Notes: generated by a model from the sequence alone, not told the origin. Counted from the stretch's first letter, positions 9,399-20,951 are shown. The stretch is DNA of 64,000 bases from Thermodesulfobacteriota bacterium (GCA_963675595.2 CAXXLZ010000002.1:3584001-3648000); one strand, 5' to 3'. Translations and numbers: made by a program.

Positions 9399-10643
9399 AT
9401 GAAACATCTTAGACAGACCGATCCCGAAGTCGCCGAAGCCATTGAATTGGAAATCCGGCGGCAAAGCGAAAAGCTGGTCCTCATCGCGTCCGAGAACTAC
9501 GTCAGTCCCGCCGTGGCCGAAGCACTGGGTTCCGTGCTGACCAACAAGTATGCCGAAGGATATCCGGGCCACCGGTACTACGGAGGATGCGAGCACGTCG
9601 ATCAGGTGGAGACCCTGGCCATCGAAAGGCTCAAGAGCCTTTTCGGCGCGGATCACGCCAATGTCCAGCCTCACGCCGGTTCCCAGGCGAACATGGGGGT
9701 TTACTTTTCCGTACTGAAGCAGGGTGACACCATACTGGGGATGGACCTCTCCCACGGAGGGCATTTGACCCACGGGAGTCCCGTCAATTTCTCGGGTCGG
9801 CTGTTCAATACGGTGTTTTACGGCGTGGATCGCAACTCGTTCACCATCGACATGGACCAGGTGGAGTCCCAGGCCAAGACGCATCGCCCGGCTTTGATCA
9901 TTGCCGGAGGTAGTTCCTATCCCAGGCTGATCGATTTCGAGGGCTTTTCCCGAATCGCTCGAGAGGTGGGAGCCGTGTTCATGGTGGACATGGCTCATTT
10001 CGCGGGACTCGTAGCCGGAGGAGTCTTTCCGTCTCCCGTGCCCCATGCGGATTTCGTGACCTCGACCACGCATAAAACCCTCAGGGGCCCCCGTGGAGGC
10101 TTCATCCTGTCCACCGGAGAATATGCCAAGAAACTGGACCGATACCTCTTTCCGGGCATGCAGGGCGGTCCTCTGATGCATGTCATCGCCGCCAAAGCGG
10201 TGGCATTCAAAGAGGCTCTGCAACCGGAATTCAGCGATTATGCGCGGCAGATCGTGACCAATGCCCAAGTGATGGCGGCTCGGCTTTCCGAGCGCGGCAT
10301 CGATGTCGTGTCCGGGGGCACCGACTGCCACCTGATGTTGGTGGACCTTTCCAACGTGAACTTGACGGGAGCCAAAGCCGAAGAGGTATTGGATGAGGCG
10401 GGCATCACTCTGAACAAGAACGTCATTCCGTTTGAAAAGAGGAGTCCCAACGAAACAAGCGGCATACGGATCGGTACGCCGGCGGTCACCACGAGGGGAA
10501 TGAAGGAAGGCGAAATGCGTTGGATCGCGGACAGAATCGTGGACGTGCTGTCTAATCCCGATGATCAGGCCCTGGTGGATCGGACACGGGAAGAGGTCAG
10601 GCACCTGTGCGAGAAATTCCCGGTTTTCGGGACGGGAGATTGA
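9399..10643 (+). CDS. glyA: Serine hydroxymethyltransferase
   Basis: [33 protein letters not shown]. Confidence 0.98.
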   Translation: MKHLRQTDPEVAEAIELEIRRQSEKLVLIASENYVSPAVAEALGSVLTNKYAEGYPGHRYYGGCEHVDQVETLAIERLKSLFGADHANVQPHAGSQANMGVYFSVLKQGDTILGMDLSHGGHLTHGSPVNFSGRLFNTVFYGVDRNSFTIDMDQVESQAKTHRPALIIAGGSSYPRLIDFEGFSRIAREVGAVFMVDMAHFAGLVAGGVFPSPVPHADFVTSTTHKTLRGPRGGFILSTGEYAKKLDRYLFPGMQGGPLMHVIAAKAVAFKEALQPEFSDYARQIVTNAQVMAARLSERGIDVVSGGTDCHLMLVDLSNVNLTGAKAEEVLDEAGITLNKNVIPFEKRSPNETSGIRIGTPAVTTRGMKEGEMRWIADRIVDVLSNPDDQALVDRTREEVRHLCEKFPVFGTGD

Positions 10644-10798
10644 TACCGGACGTTATCTGAACGCCCCCTCCTTCAGGCTCGGCAGCTTCCGAAAAGTCCT
10701 TCGGCGTTCCCGCCGAAGGCGGACCCCCTCCTCGGAGCCGGTTCTACGTTAGGTCCAAGCAATGAAATCTCTGTCCTTATTGATGGAGAATCCCCGAC

Positions 10799-11290
10799 GT
10801 GAAATGTCCATTTTGCGGTTCTCTCGAAAACAAAGTGATCGACTCCAGGCTCAGCAAGGAAGGAGCCGCCATACGTCGTAGGCGTGATTGCACGGAGTGC
10901 GGACGCCGGTTCACCACTTATGAGCGGGTGGAAGAAATCCTCCCCATGGTGATCAAGAAAGACAATCGTCGGGAGCCGTACAACAGGGAAAAGGTCCACG
11001 AAGGGATCAAGAAGGCATTGCAGAAAAGGCCGGTCAGCGTGGATGCCGTCATGGCCTTTCTGGACGATCTGGAACGGAGCTTTCAGGAAAGTCAGAAAAA
11101 GGAAATCCCCAGTAAGGAGATCGGCGAAAGAGTGATCCAGCAGCTCAAGGAATGGGACGAGGTGGCCTATGTACGCTTCGCCTCGGTGTACCGGCAGTTC
11201 TCAGACACTGCGGAATTCATGTCCGAGCTGGAGCAACTCATTCTGGATCGTAAGAAGAAAGCCGAGGAGCGTGAGCCGGAAGACGGATGA
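10799..11290 (+). CDS. nrdR: Transcriptional repressor NrdR
   Basis: MKCPFC...DSR...RRRR.C..C..RFTTYE; ATP cone; VAYVRFASVY. Confidence 0.97.
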   Translation: MKCPFCGSLENKVIDSRLSKEGAAIRRRRDCTECGRRFTTYERVEEILPMVIKKDNRREPYNREKVHEGIKKALQKRPVSVDAVMAFLDDLERSFQESQKKEIPSKEIGERVIQQLKEWDEVAYVRFASVYRQFSDTAEFMSELEQLILDRKKKAEEREPEDG

Positions 11291-12368
11291 AGCGTATATG
11301 GCGATGGCTCTTCGCCTGGCCATGAAGGGCTGGGGCCGCACTTCGCCCAACCCCTTGGTCGGAGCCGTTGTGGTGCGCGACGATCAGGTGGTGGGGAAAG
11401 GGTTTCATCCCAAGGCCGGGGAACCCCACGCCGAGAGGATCGCTCTGGAACGAGCCGGCTCTCAAGCACGGGGAGGGACGCTTTACGTTACGCTTGAGCC
11501 GTGTAATCATTACGGTCGGACGCCTCCTTGCACGGAGGCCGTGCTGGCGAGTGGGGTACGCCGGGTAGTCATCGGGCAGACCGACCCCAATCCGGAAGTG
11601 GCGGGCGGAGGCGCTCAACGGCTTCGGGAGGCGGGTATCCAGGTGGAGATCGGCGTCCTGGAAGCACGCTGTCGGCGCCTCAACGAAGCCTTCAATTTCT
11701 TTGTGACCCGGAAACGACCGTTTATCGCCCTCAAGCTGGCTGCGACACTGGACGGAAAGACCGCCACCAAGACGGGGGACTCCCGTTGGATCACCAACGA
11801 ACGTTCCCGAAACTTCGTTCATCGTCTTCGGGGCGGCATGGACTCAATCATGGTGGGCATGGGTACGGTTCGCGCCGACGACCCACAGCTGACCTGCCGA
11901 TGGAAAAATGGCCGCGATCCTTTGCGTGTGGTGGTGGACGGCTCTCTTTCCTTGACCCCGGACCGGAAGATATTCAATCCCGATTCCGAGGCGGGGCTGT
12001 TGGTTTTCACGGGAGTTGCGGCGGATCCCGAAAAGGCGGCCGTGCTGGAAGCCTCGGGAGCCGAGGTTGTCCGTGTCGAAATCGAAAACGGATTTGTGGA
12101 CCTGAAGGCCGTCTTCTCGACGCTGGCCGAGCGTCGCATTCTCTCCGTGCTCATCGAAGGAGGGGGGACGCTGGCGGCGTCGGCGCTTAGGGCCGGGTTG
12201 GTGGATCGCCTTTATTTTTTTTACGCGCCGAAAATCATCGGGGGCAACGGAGCTCCGGGAATGATCGGGGATCTGGGGATCGAGACCATGGCCGAGTGCC
12301 TTCGAATCAAAGATACGAGACTACGTCGGTTCGGAGAAGACTTCATGGTGGAAGTGTCCATCTCCTAA
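11271..12368 (+). CDS. ribD: Bifunctional riboflavin deaminase/reductase RibD
   Basis: PNPLVG, HAE, TLEPC..GRTPPC, EGGG; GTG 11271 after GAGGAG. Confidence 0.96.
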   Translation: MSRKTDEAYMAMALRLAMKGWGRTSPNPLVGAVVVRDDQVVGKGFHPKAGEPHAERIALERAGSQARGGTLYVTLEPCNHYGRTPPCTEAVLASGVRRVVIGQTDPNPEVAGGGAQRLREAGIQVEIGVLEARCRRLNEAFNFFVTRKRPFIALKLAATLDGKTATKTGDSRWITNERSRNFVHRLRGGMDSIMVGMGTVRADDPQLTCRWKNGRDPLRVVVDGSLSLTPDRKIFNPDSEAGLLVFTGVAADPEKAAVLEASGAEVVRVEIENGFVDLKAVFSTLAERRILSVLIEGGGTLAASALRAGLVDRLYFFYAPKIIGGNGAPGMIGDLGIETMAECLRIKDTRLRRFGEDFMVEVSIS

Positions 12369-12440
12369 CCGGTTCGCAGAAATCGCAATATCGTTTCCGG
12401 ACGCATATTGGGATTTACTCTAACGAGAGGTGCCTCGTTC

Positions 12441-13097
12441 ATGTTTACGGGACTGGTGGAAAGACTGGGAAAGACCCACCGGATCGTGCACAAGGGTGGC
12501 GAAGCCGTACTCGTCCTGGCGGCGGAGTTTCCCGAATCCGTCATTATCGGGGAAAGTATTGCCGTAAACGGGGTTTGCCTGACGGTGACGGGAAGCAGCT
12601 CGGGCGTCCATGAATTCGACGTGTCCGAGGAAACGCTGAAGCGGAGCAATCTGGGCTTCCTGAAGCCGGGAGATCCCGTGAACCTGGAACGGGCCCTCAG
12701 GCTGAACGATCGGTTGGGAGGCCACTTGGTGACCGGTCATATTGACGCCGTGGGGCGGATCCTGATAAAAAAGCGAAGCCTGAGTTCGGTGATCATGAGG
12801 GTGGGAGTTCCCTCGGAGGTTTCTCGCTATCTGGTGCCCAAAGGTTCCGTGGGCGTGGACGGCATCAGTCTTACCGTGAACCGGACCGGGGAAGATTTTT
12901 TTGAAGTTAACCTGATTCCTCACACGGTCGAGGTCACCACCCTCAAGATTCGTGACGAGGGAGATTCGGTAAATATTGAGACGGATCTCATCGGGAAGTA
13001 TGTAGACCGAATGCTGCAGCCGCATTCCGCAGGCGGAGACGGCGAATCCCGAAAAGGCCTGACCCTTGACGCTTTGTCACGTCACGGGTTTCTATGA
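12441..13097 (+). CDS. ribE: Riboflavin synthase (alpha chain)
   Basis: MFTGLV N-terminus, [25 protein letters not shown]. Confidence 0.96.
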   Translation: MFTGLVERLGKTHRIVHKGGEAVLVLAAEFPESVIIGESIAVNGVCLTVTGSSSGVHEFDVSEETLKRSNLGFLKPGDPVNLERALRLNDRLGGHLVTGHIDAVGRILIKKRSLSSVIMRVGVPSEVSRYLVPKGSVGVDGISLTVNRTGEDFFEVNLIPHTVEVTTLKIRDEGDSVNIETDLIGKYVDRMLQPHSAGGDGESRKGLTLDALSRHGFL

Positions 13098-13217
13098 TCT
13101 CTCGTATTCGGTGGGAGCCCGTCGTTTATTTTTAGAGCCTGAAATTCGGTTCGGTAAGCCGTCCCTGCCGCATCCCTGAACATGGGGGCGCGTCTTGCCC
13201 GACCAGCAGAGGTTTCG

Positions 13218-14417
13218 ATGCCGTTAAGCACTATTGAGGAAGCCGTTGAGGACATGCGGGAAGGCCGGATGGTCATCCTGGTGGACGACGAGGATCGCGA
13301 AAACGAAGGTGACCTGACCATGGCGGCCGACAAGGTCACCCCTGAAGCCATCAATTTCATGGCCAAATACGGACGCGGGCTCATCTGTCTTTCCATGTCT
13401 CCGGAAATGTTGGATCGTCTGCACTTGCCCATGATGGTCCAGGACAACACCTCACCTTTTCAAACCGCGTTCACCGTATCCATCGACGCGCGGCAGAATC
13501 CCCACAGCCCCGTTTCCGCCGCGGGACGTGCGCACACCATTTTGAAGGCCATAGACGACTCGGCCGGCGAGGCGGACATCGTTGCTCCCGGATATGTATT
13601 CCCTTTGAGAGCCAAGCCGGGCGGTGTTCTGGTGCGCACGGGACAGACCGAAGGCTCGGTGGATTTGGCGAGGCTTGCGGGGCTTAGACCCGCGGGGGTC
13701 ATCTGTGAGGTGATGAACGAAGACGGCTCCATGAGTCGCATGCCCCAGCTCGAGGTGCTGGCGGAGAAGCTGGATCTCAAAATTGTCACCATCGCCGACC
13801 TCATCGCATACAGGATGAGAAATGAACGTCTGGTCCATCGGGCCGCGGAGGCCGTTCTGCCGACTCCGGCGGGGCGTTTCACCGCCATCGCTTATGAGAA
13901 CGACGTGGACGAGCACCAGCATTTGGCCCTCATTAAAGGTGAAATCAGCCCGGACGACGAGGTATTGGTGCGGGTCCATTCGGAATGTCTCACGGGAGAC
14001 GTGTTCCATTCCCTGCGGTGCGACTGCGGAGATCAGCTGGGGGTGGCGTTGGGCCTGATCGAAAAAGAAGGCAAAGGCGTGCTGCTGTATATGCATCAGG
14101 AGGGGCGTGGCATCGGCCTGATCAACAAGCTGAAGGCCTATTCCCTGCAGGACGAAGGCAAGGATACGGTGGAAGCCAATGAGGCGCTGGGATTCAAAGC
14201 GGACCTCCGGGACTATGGAATCGGGGCCCAAATTCTTGCCGACCTGGGTATCCGAAAAATGAAACTCATGACCAATAATCCTAGAAAAATCATTGGGTTG
14301 GAGGGTTACGGGCTCACTGTGGTGGATCGCGTGCCTCTGGCCGTGCCCGCCAATGAGATCAACTTGAGATACCTGCGCACCAAGTGCGCCAAGCTCGGAC
14401 ACATGTTGGAAGTCTAG
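13218..14417 (+). CDS. ribBA: DHBP synthase / GTP cyclohydrolase II
   Basis: [35 protein letters not shown]. Confidence 0.97.
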   Translation: MPLSTIEEAVEDMREGRMVILVDDEDRENEGDLTMAADKVTPEAINFMAKYGRGLICLSMSPEMLDRLHLPMMVQDNTSPFQTAFTVSIDARQNPHSPVSAAGRAHTILKAIDDSAGEADIVAPGYVFPLRAKPGGVLVRTGQTEGSVDLARLAGLRPAGVICEVMNEDGSMSRMPQLEVLAEKLDLKIVTIADLIAYRMRNERLVHRAAEAVLPTPAGRFTAIAYENDVDEHQHLALIKGEISPDDEVLVRVHSECLTGDVFHSLRCDCGDQLGVALGLIEKEGKGVLLYMHQEGRGIGLINKLKAYSLQDEGKDTVEANEALGFKADLRDYGIGAQILADLGIRKMKLMTNNPRKIIGLEGYGLTVVDRVPLAVPANEINLRYLRTKCAKLGHMLEV

Positions 14418-14501
14418 CGCGGACCAGGGGGACGGAGCGTTCTCCTTCCGAATGCGCAGGGAACCCTGCTGCATTTAACAGGTCGTTGAGAAGCCGGAAT
14501 A

Positions 14502-14630
14502 TTGCCGATTGGTGAAAGGCGAAGATAGGCGAGGCGTGCAACATCCCGAGGAATGGGGCGTGATGGAAGTGCGTCGCATGACGTGAGATGAAGCGTAACG
14601 CCGCAGATTGCGTTTTTCACCGATCCGTAA
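14502..14630. repeat. Intergenic ~125-bp palindromic (MITE/REP-like) element
   Basis: Imperfect terminal inverted repeats GATTGGTGAAAGGCG / CGTTTTTCACCGATC. From memory, the minus-strand core resembles multicopy intergenic elements of Desulfobacterota (unverified). Confidence 0.5.
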
Positions 14631-14645
14631 AGCGGAGGGTATGCT

Positions 14646-15110
14646 GTGGTCACTTATTTCGAAGGCCGTCTCAACGCCGAATCGCTGCGATTCGGCATTG
14701 TGATCAGCCGATTCAATGATTTCATTACATCTCGTTTGCTCGAAGGGGCATTGGACGCATTGATTCGCCACGGTGCGGATGAGAGTCGGATTCATGTGGT
14801 CAAGGTCCCCGGTGCGTTCGAGATTCCCCTGATTAGCCGAAAGATGGCGACAAGCGGCAACTATGATGCGGTGTTGTGCCTGGGCGCGGTGATCCGAGGT
14901 TCCACACCTCATTTCGACTATGTGGCCGCAGAGGTTTCCAAAGGGGTGGCCTCCGTTTCTCTGGAAACCGGTGTTCCGGTGATCTTCGGAGTGCTCACCA
15001 CGGACACCATTGAACAGGCCGTGGAACGAGCCGGTACGAAATCCGGTAACAAGGGTTGGAGTACGGCTATTTCCGCCATTGAGATGGCCAATCTCCTCAA
15101 AGAGCTTTAG
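14646..15110 (+). CDS. ribH: 6,7-dimethyl-8-ribityllumazine synthase
   Basis: [34 protein letters not shown]. Confidence 0.97.
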   Translation: MVTYFEGRLNAESLRFGIVISRFNDFITSRLLEGALDALIRHGADESRIHVVKVPGAFEIPLISRKMATSGNYDAVLCLGAVIRGSTPHFDYVAAEVSKGVASVSLETGVPVIFGVLTTDTIEQAVERAGTKSGNKGWSTAISAIEMANLLKEL

Positions 15111-15384
15111 AATCGTCGCCTTTGCGCCGCGGCAACGGGGCGACGCCCGAAGCCGCGGAGTGCGTTCATCCGCCGCCGGTTAAAAAAGCGGCAACCTCCC
15201 CGGGAATACGACCTCCATGAGTTCTCGCCGGATAATTCGTCCAGAAAATCCCGAAGCTTCTCTCGAATCCGATCGAAAAGTTCGGAAGAGGCGAAAGGAG
15301 AGTGGAGCGCGGGCCGACGCGGCCCCCTCGTCCACGGTTCCGCCGGAGCCTGATGAAACCCCGCAGATTGAAGACGGGGCATCG

Positions 15385-15834
15385 GTGAACCGTCGACAGG
15401 CCCGGGAACAAATACTCCAGGTTCTCTACATGTTGGACGTCTCCGGATTGCAGGCCGTGGAGGCATTGAGGTTGTTCATCACCTGCCACCTCGGGGGTCG
15501 ACCCATGGACCCGTTCGTTCGGGAGGTTGTGTGTGGAATCTCGGAAAATGGAACGGTTGTGGACCAGACCATTCGGGAGCACTCCGAGAACTGGCGTCTG
15601 AACAGAATGCCCATTGTGGACAGAAACCTGCTGCGACTGGCGGTATTTGAGCTCTTATTTCGGGAGGACATCCCTCCCAAAGTCTCCATCAACGAGGCCA
15701 TCGAGCTCGGAAAGAAGTACGGAAGCGAAGACTCGGGGGCTTTCATTAACGGCATCCTGGACGGTGTTTACCGCAAGTTGAAACGTGAAGCGACCTACAA
15801 GTCGGGAACAGAGAGCGAAGGACCATCCAAGTGA
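15385..15834 (+). CDS. nusB: Transcription antitermination factor NusB
   Basis: [31 protein letters not shown]; GTG 15385 preferred, longest ORF starts at 15217. Confidence 0.92.
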   Translation: MNRRQAREQILQVLYMLDVSGLQAVEALRLFITCHLGGRPMDPFVREVVCGISENGTVVDQTIREHSENWRLNRMPIVDRNLLRLAVFELLFREDIPPKVSINEAIELGKKYGSEDSGAFINGILDGVYRKLKREATYKSGTESEGPSK

Positions 15835-18425
15835 ATACGACGGAACTGCAATACGATCCGCAAGACGTGGAACTGAAGGCACAGGAACGTTGGCGGGAAA
15901 AGAAATTCGACCAGGTGGGTGAGGATCCGTCCAAACCCAAATTCTATTTGCTCGAAATGTTTCCTTACCCCTCCGGTAAGATTCACATGGGGCATGTGCG
16001 GAACTATACGATCGGCGACGTGGTGGCCCGATACAAGCGCATGAGGGGATTCAACGTGCTTCACCCCATGGGGTGGGACGCCTTCGGCATGCCGGCGGAG
16101 AACGCGGCCATAGAGAATAAGGTGCACCCCGCGGAATGGACCAGAAACAACATCCGAGCGATGCGGGACCAACTGAAGCGCATGGGCTTCAGTTACGACT
16201 GGTCACGGGAGCTTGCCACCTGCGACCCCGAATATTATCGGTGGGAACAACTGCTGTTCGTCAGGATGATGGAAAAGGGCTTGGCCTACAGTAAGCGTTC
16301 CCTGGTGAACTGGTGCCCGAAGTGCCAGACCGTATTGGCCAATGAGCAGGTGGAGGACGGCTACTGCTGGCGACACTCCGATCAGGAAGTGGTCAAGAAG
16401 GAGATGGACGGGTGGTTTTTCAAGATTACGGACTATGCGGAGGAGTTGCTGGAATGGACCGATAAGCTCCCCGGCTGGCCGGAGCGGGTGTTGACCATGC
16501 AGAGAAACTGGATCGGTAAGAGCATCGGGGCTCTCATCCGGTTTCCCATGGAAGACGGCGGCGACCCCATCGAGGTCTTCACCACCAGGCAGGACACGCT
16601 GTTCGGGGCCACGTTCATGTGCTTGGCGCCCGAGTTGCCTCGCTCCCGGGAGATTGCGGCGGGCACGGATCAAGAGCCCGAAGTCCGCGCCTTCATCGAG
16701 AAGACGCTGCGGGTGGAAAGCTATTTGCGAGCCTCGGATCAAATGGTCAAAGAAGGGGTGTTCACCGGGAAGTACTGCGTCAATCCCGTCACCGGGCGAA
16801 AGATGCCCGTGTTCATCGCCAATTTCGTCGTGGCCGAGTATGGGGCGGGTGCCGTCATGGCGGTTCCCGCACACGATCAACGCGACTTCGAGTTTGCCCG
16901 GAAATATGAACTCCCGGTGGTGGTCGTGATTCAGCCGACGGATCGGGCTCTGGATCCCGACGCCATGACCGAAGCCTATGTGGATGAAGGGATATTGGTG
17001 AATTCCGGGGAGTTCGACGGCCTGCCCAATCGGGAAGCCATGGACCGGATCGTGGATTACCTGGATTCGAAAGGTTTGGGACGGAGGACGGTGAGTTACC
17101 GATTGCGCGATTGGGGAATCTCCCGTCAGAGATTTTGGGGAGCCCCCATTCCGGTGATCTATTGCGACAAATGCGGGACGGTGCCCGTGCCCGAAAGCGA
17201 CCTCCCCGTGATCCTTCCCGAGGAAGCTCAGTTGAGAGAGAACGGGGGGTCCCCCCTTCCTCATCTCGATTCCTTCGTCAACGTTCCTTGCCCACGATGC
17301 GGGGGACCGGGCCGCAGGGAAACGGACACCATGGACACTTTTGTAGAATCCTCCTGGTATTTCGCCCGATTCTCCTGCGCCGATTACGACGAGGGACCCC
17401 TCGACCCGGAACGGGTCAACTACTGGATGCCGGTGAATCATTACATCGGCGGTATCGAGCACGCCATACTTCACCTGCTCTATTCTCGTTTTTACGTCAA
17501 GGTTATGAGGGACTTCGGGTTGCTGAAGGTGGACGAGCCCTTCACCAATCTCTTGACCCAGGGAATGGTTTGCCACGAAACTTATGAGTGCCCGGTTCAC
17601 GGTTATCTGTTCCCGAGCGAAGTTTCGGAGCTCAAATGTCCCGTGTGCGGCGGTCCGGTGACCGTGGGACCCAAAGTGAAGATGTCCAAATCGAAACGCA
17701 ACGTTGTGGATCCGGCGGTCCTGATTCGGAATTACGGTGCGGACACGGTACGGCTGTTCTGTCTGTTCGCTTCGCCTCCCGAAAGAGACCTGGAATGGAG
17801 CGAGCAGGGCGTCGACGGGGCTTCGCGGTTTCTGGGGAGAGTGTGGCGGCTGGTGACGGAGCGCATGGACGATCTCCGAAACGTAACGCCGTATCGCATG
17901 GAAACTCCGTTAAACGGCATTCTCAAGCAATTGCATCGCAAGACCCACCAAACGATCAAAAAGGTGACGGACGACATCGAAGATCGCTTCCATTTCAACA
18001 CGGCCATCGCGGCGGTTATGGAATTGACGAACTTGGTCTACAAGGTGCTGGACGAATCCGAAGAGTCGGACAAGGCGGCCTTGTCCGTTGCCGCCGAGGC
18101 AATCGAGACGCTGTTGACGCTCCTTTTTCCCTTTGTGCCGCATATCGCGGAAGAGCTGTGGATGCACTATACCGGGGGGCGGGAGTTGATCTCCCGGCCT
18201 TGGCCTGAATACCACCCCGAATCCATTGTTGAGGATGAAATCGAGATTGCGGTTCAGGTCAACGGAAAGCTCCGAAGCCAGATCGTGGTGGAACGGGACG
18301 CCGATCGCGAAACTTTGGAACGGACCGCTTTGAGCGATGAAAGGATTCGGAAGTGGCTGGAAGGCAAAACCATCCGGAAGGTGATCGTGGTTCCCGGAAG
18401 ACTGGTGAACGTGGTCGTCTCTTAA
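15831..18425 (+). CDS. leuS: Leucine--tRNA ligase
   Basis: MFPYPSG.IHMGH, editing-domain FTTR.DT and [14 protein letters not shown]. Confidence 0.98.
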   Translation: MNTTELQYDPQDVELKAQERWREKKFDQVGEDPSKPKFYLLEMFPYPSGKIHMGHVRNYTIGDVVARYKRMRGFNVLHPMGWDAFGMPAENAAIENKVHPAEWTRNNIRAMRDQLKRMGFSYDWSRELATCDPEYYRWEQLLFVRMMEKGLAYSKRSLVNWCPKCQTVLANEQVEDGYCWRHSDQEVVKKEMDGWFFKITDYAEELLEWTDKLPGWPERVLTMQRNWIGKSIGALIRFPMEDGGDPIEVFTTRQDTLFGATFMCLAPELPRSREIAAGTDQEPEVRAFIEKTLRVESYLRASDQMVKEGVFTGKYCVNPVTGRKMPVFIANFVVAEYGAGAVMAVPAHDQRDFEFARKYELPVVVVIQPTDRALDPDAMTEAYVDEGILVNSGEFDGLPNREAMDRIVDYLDSKGLGRRTVSYRLRDWGISRQRFWGAPIPVIYCDKCGTVPVPESDLPVILPEEAQLRENGGSPLPHLDSFVNVPCPRCGGPGRRETDTMDTFVESSWYFARFSCADYDEGPLDPERVNYWMPVNHYIGGIEHAILHLLYSRFYVKVMRDFGLLKVDEPFTNLLTQGMVCHETYECPVHGYLFPSEVSELKCPVCGGPVTVGPKVKMSKSKRNVVDPAVLIRNYGADTVRLFCLFASPPERDLEWSEQGVDGASRFLGRVWRLVTERMDDLRNVTPYRMETPLNGILKQLHRKTHQTIKKVTDDIEDRFHFNTAIAAVMELTNLVYKVLDESEESDKAALSVAAEAIETLLTLLFPFVPHIAEELWMHYTGGRELISRPWPEYHPESIVEDEIEIAVQVNGKLRSQIVVERDADRETLERTALSDERIRKWLEGKTIRKVIVVPGRLVNVVVS

Positions 18426-18444
18426 TCATGCTCGAGGTTGGGCC

Positions 18445-18972
18445 ATGAACTCGAAAAGTATGGCGATTTGCGGTGTGTTGTGTGCCCTGGCGGTATTTTC
18501 CTGGGGTTGCGGTTACGAGATGACGCGAAGCCGCGGAGGGTTGCCCGACCATGTTCGAACCGTAGCCGTTCCGGTCATGGATATCCGGGCCAACGAACCG
18601 GGTTTGGAGCGGGAAGCCACTCGCCTGCTTATCGAGGAATTCAATCGGCGCCCCGAACTGCGCGTGGCGGCTCCCGGGAAGGCCGATGCGGTATTGCACT
18701 GCGTCATCGACCAAGTGGATTTGTCTGCGCTGTCCTACGGCTCGGACGAACACGCTACGGAACGTCGGGTCATTCTCTCCATGGGCTATCGACTGACGGA
18801 CGTAAAAACCGGGAAGGCCATCGCCCAGGCGGATCGACTTTGGTTCCAGGAAGGATACCTGGTAGTCAAAGGAGACCCCGTGGCAACGGATTATAATCGG
18901 AAGGAAGCCCTCAGAAAGATTCTGGCCAATCTCGCGGAAAAAATCAACGAGGGAGCGCTGGGCACCTTTTGA
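18445..18972 (+). CDS. lptE: LPS assembly lipoprotein LptE family
   Basis: Lipobox WGC-GY; conserved position after leuS. Confidence 0.82.
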   Translation: MNSKSMAICGVLCALAVFSWGCGYEMTRSRGGLPDHVRTVAVPVMDIRANEPGLEREATRLLIEEFNRRPELRVAAPGKADAVLHCVIDQVDLSALSYGSDEHATERRVILSMGYRLTDVKTGKAIAQADRLWFQEGYLVVKGDPVATDYNRKEALRKILANLAEKINEGALGTF

Positions 18973-19085
18973 ACGGCAGTGCCCGGGAATCGGCAAACCG
19001 AACGGCCGTGGCTCCGACTGCTTGGTGAAGACGCGTCGCGCCTGCGACCGCTGATCGGCGAGGGGGGGGGCTGTTTGAAACGAAA

Positions 19086-19115
19086 GAGTCGTTTCGATAC
19101 GTATCGAAACGACTC
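19086..19115. terminator. Perfect 30-bp palindrome between convergent lptE and rpsT (likely bidirectional terminator)
   Basis: GAGTCGTTTCGATAC|GTATCGAAACGACTC, flanked by AAA and CATTTTT. Confidence 0.6.
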
Positions 19116-19152
19116 CATTTTTCCGGATGCCGATTACGGGTGAACGACCGTG

Positions 19153-19428
19153 CTATACCGCAGCCTGCCGCAGTTCGTTCACTTTGCGGGTAAGCCGGGA
19201 AACGTACCTGCCCGCCGTATTCCTGTGGAGTACTCCTTTGGCTCCCGCTTTCTGAATCTGGGGAATCGCCTCGCTCAGAGCCTGCTGGGCCTTGGAGATA
19301 TCCTTTTCTTCGATGGATTTCCGGACCTTTTTCATGAGATTGCGTACGCGCGTGCGAACGGATGCATTGCGGGCGCGTCGTTTTTCGTTTTGGCGGGCTC
19401 TCTTGAGAGCGGACGGATGATTGGCCAA
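19153..19428 (-). CDS. rpsT: 30S ribosomal protein S20
   Basis: ANHPSALKRARQN...KGVLHRNTAGR. Confidence 0.97.
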   Translation of the reverse strand: MANHPSALKRARQNEKRRARNASVRTRVRNLMKKVRKSIEEKDISKAQQALSEAIPQIQKAGAKGVLHRNTAGRYVSRLTRKVNELRQAAV

Positions 19429-19462
19429 GGTCTTCCTCCGATTGTTTTTTTATGAAGCGCCA

Positions 19463-19491
19463 AATTTACGTCACATCTAATGTGTTGTCAA
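19463..19491 (-). promoter_or_regulatory. Putative sigma70 promoter of rpsT
   Basis: Minus strand TTGACA-17 nt-TAAATT. Confidence 0.6.
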
Positions 19492-19507
19492 TGAAAATCT
19501 AACGTCC

Positions 19508-19536
19508 TTGACGTCCGACTTTCCCACGCATAACAT
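19508..19536 (+). promoter_or_regulatory. Putative sigma70 promoter divergent from rpsT
   Basis: TTGACG-17 nt-TAACAT. Confidence 0.5.
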
Positions 19537-19759
19537 GATTTGGTTCTTAAGTCCCATCGCGAATCCTTGAAGCATAGGCTCTTTGGTATGACGGGCCGGA
19601 TGGGTTCGCCTCCCTCGGACGGGAGGAAGGGCTTCGGGAGAATGGAATGCTCGGCGTGTAGGCTGAGAGAGTAAGCTCAAAACGGATTCTTCGTAATCCG
19701 GTTCGGGGCGTCGTCGGGTCGAAACGTTGCATCGAATCTTCTTAGAAGGAGGGGCGGCC

Positions 19760-20419
19760 GTGCGCACTTGGTTTTCCGAAAAGGATGGTTATTTGCGTCT
19801 TTTCCTCATCCTGATATCGGCCGCGGTTTTCGTTTCGTGCACCTCACCCGGCCAAACACTTCGGGAGGACGTCTCTTCAAATCACAGGGTCGTCTTCATG
19901 ACCGTTCACAGCCATTACCAGGGTCGTCCTTCGGAGCGGGATCGCGTTTTCATGACCTTCCGCAATACGGTGACGGGGCTGCGCTATTCTTCTATGGCCG
20001 TGGATGGATTGCTACTGCTCGATCTTCCCGACGGCCCCTATGAGTTGGTCAAGGTTGAAGTGTGGCATGTGTTGGGCAATGAAATTTTCGGGCAGGCAAG
20101 AGACTACCGTATCGAAGACGCCAAATCGTTCAACGTCAAACCCCTGAGCTTTTGGGTCGGAAGCCCGGGTCCCGCCTTGTATCTGGGAAGCTTCGGCTTG
20201 AATCTATTCCGTCCCGGGGAACTTCGGGGGACCGTTCCTCCGGAAACGGCCGGTCGTCCCGCCACCTTCCGAATTCAGGTTGAGGATCGTTTTCAGCATG
20301 ATCGGGAAGCCTTCGCAAAAGCATTTTCCGATATCAGCCGTCGGCATCCCCAACTTAAGTTCGACTACGACTTGAGGAACAGAGCACTTCCTTCGGCTTA
20401 CTTTCTTTTTGAGTGGTGA
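19760..20419 (+). CDS. Hypothetical lipoprotein
   Basis: GTG after AAGGAGG; hydrophobic stretch ending FVSC. Confidence 0.6.
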   Translation: MRTWFSEKDGYLRLFLILISAAVFVSCTSPGQTLREDVSSNHRVVFMTVHSHYQGRPSERDRVFMTFRNTVTGLRYSSMAVDGLLLLDLPDGPYELVKVEVWHVLGNEIFGQARDYRIEDAKSFNVKPLSFWVGSPGPALYLGSFGLNLFRPGELRGTVPPETAGRPATFRIQVEDRFQHDREAFAKAFSDISRRHPQLKFDYDLRNRALPSAYFLFEW

Positions 20420-20420
20420 T

Positions 20421-20951
20421 TCACGACACGAGTCGATCAATCTCGCGAAATTCCGCGTAAGAATCCAGGACCGGCTTGAGGTCCGCCCACTTCAAGCGCC
20501 CAAGGATTTCATAAGTCCGGGCATGGACGATCCCTTCCTCTTTTTCCCTGGATCTGCCGGCACAATCGAAACTTTCCATGAATCGCGAAAAGCGCACCAC
20601 GTGGACGAGTTCGTGGGTCAGGATGTACACGGCGAGCGCCGCCAGAGACAGGCGTGAATCCCGGCTTAGAGCCTCCAATATCACATGGTCTTGGAGGCAA
20701 ATCAGATAAAAATCCAATACACGGGAAGGCTGGGGAGGCTTCTCCGGATGTCTGGAATACTTGAATAATTGGGCGAAGGCTTCAAGGGTGATCTCGTCTT
20801 CCCTGAGGCTCCGAAGAGTCTTCACGTCATACCGGAGGCGCTTCCAGGAATCGGAGGATATTTTGTAGTAGTCCGCGGTGGCCTCTTCGGCTATGTTGAG
20901 TGCTTCGTGGATGATATCGAGCTCATGCTCACTGAACCTCTTGAGTTCCAT
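20421..20951 (-). CDS. Hypothetical protein with HExxH motif (possible zincin fold)
   Basis: ILTHELVHVVRF; GGAGG RBS. Confidence 0.7.
   Translation of the reverse strand: MELKRFSEHELDIIHEALNIAEEATADYYKISSDSWKRLRYDVKTLRSLREDEITLEAFAQLFKYSRHPEKPPQPSRVLDFYLICLQDHVILEALSRDSRLSLAALAVYILTHELVHVVRFSRFMESFDCAGRSREKEEGIVHARTYEILGRLKWADLKPVLDSYAEFREIDRLVS

Noticed and set aside
10650-14645. FMN riboswitch in the rib operon gaps
   Set aside because: The conserved FMN-box motifs were not found in any intergenic gap.
15217-15384. Long N-terminal extension on NusB
   Set aside because: Low-complexity sequence with no RBS. GTG 15385 gives the typical xxRRxARE start.
19640-19710. TPP riboswitch (GCTGAGA present)
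   Set aside because: The downstream ACCTGA and AGCGTAGGGA-type elements are missing.
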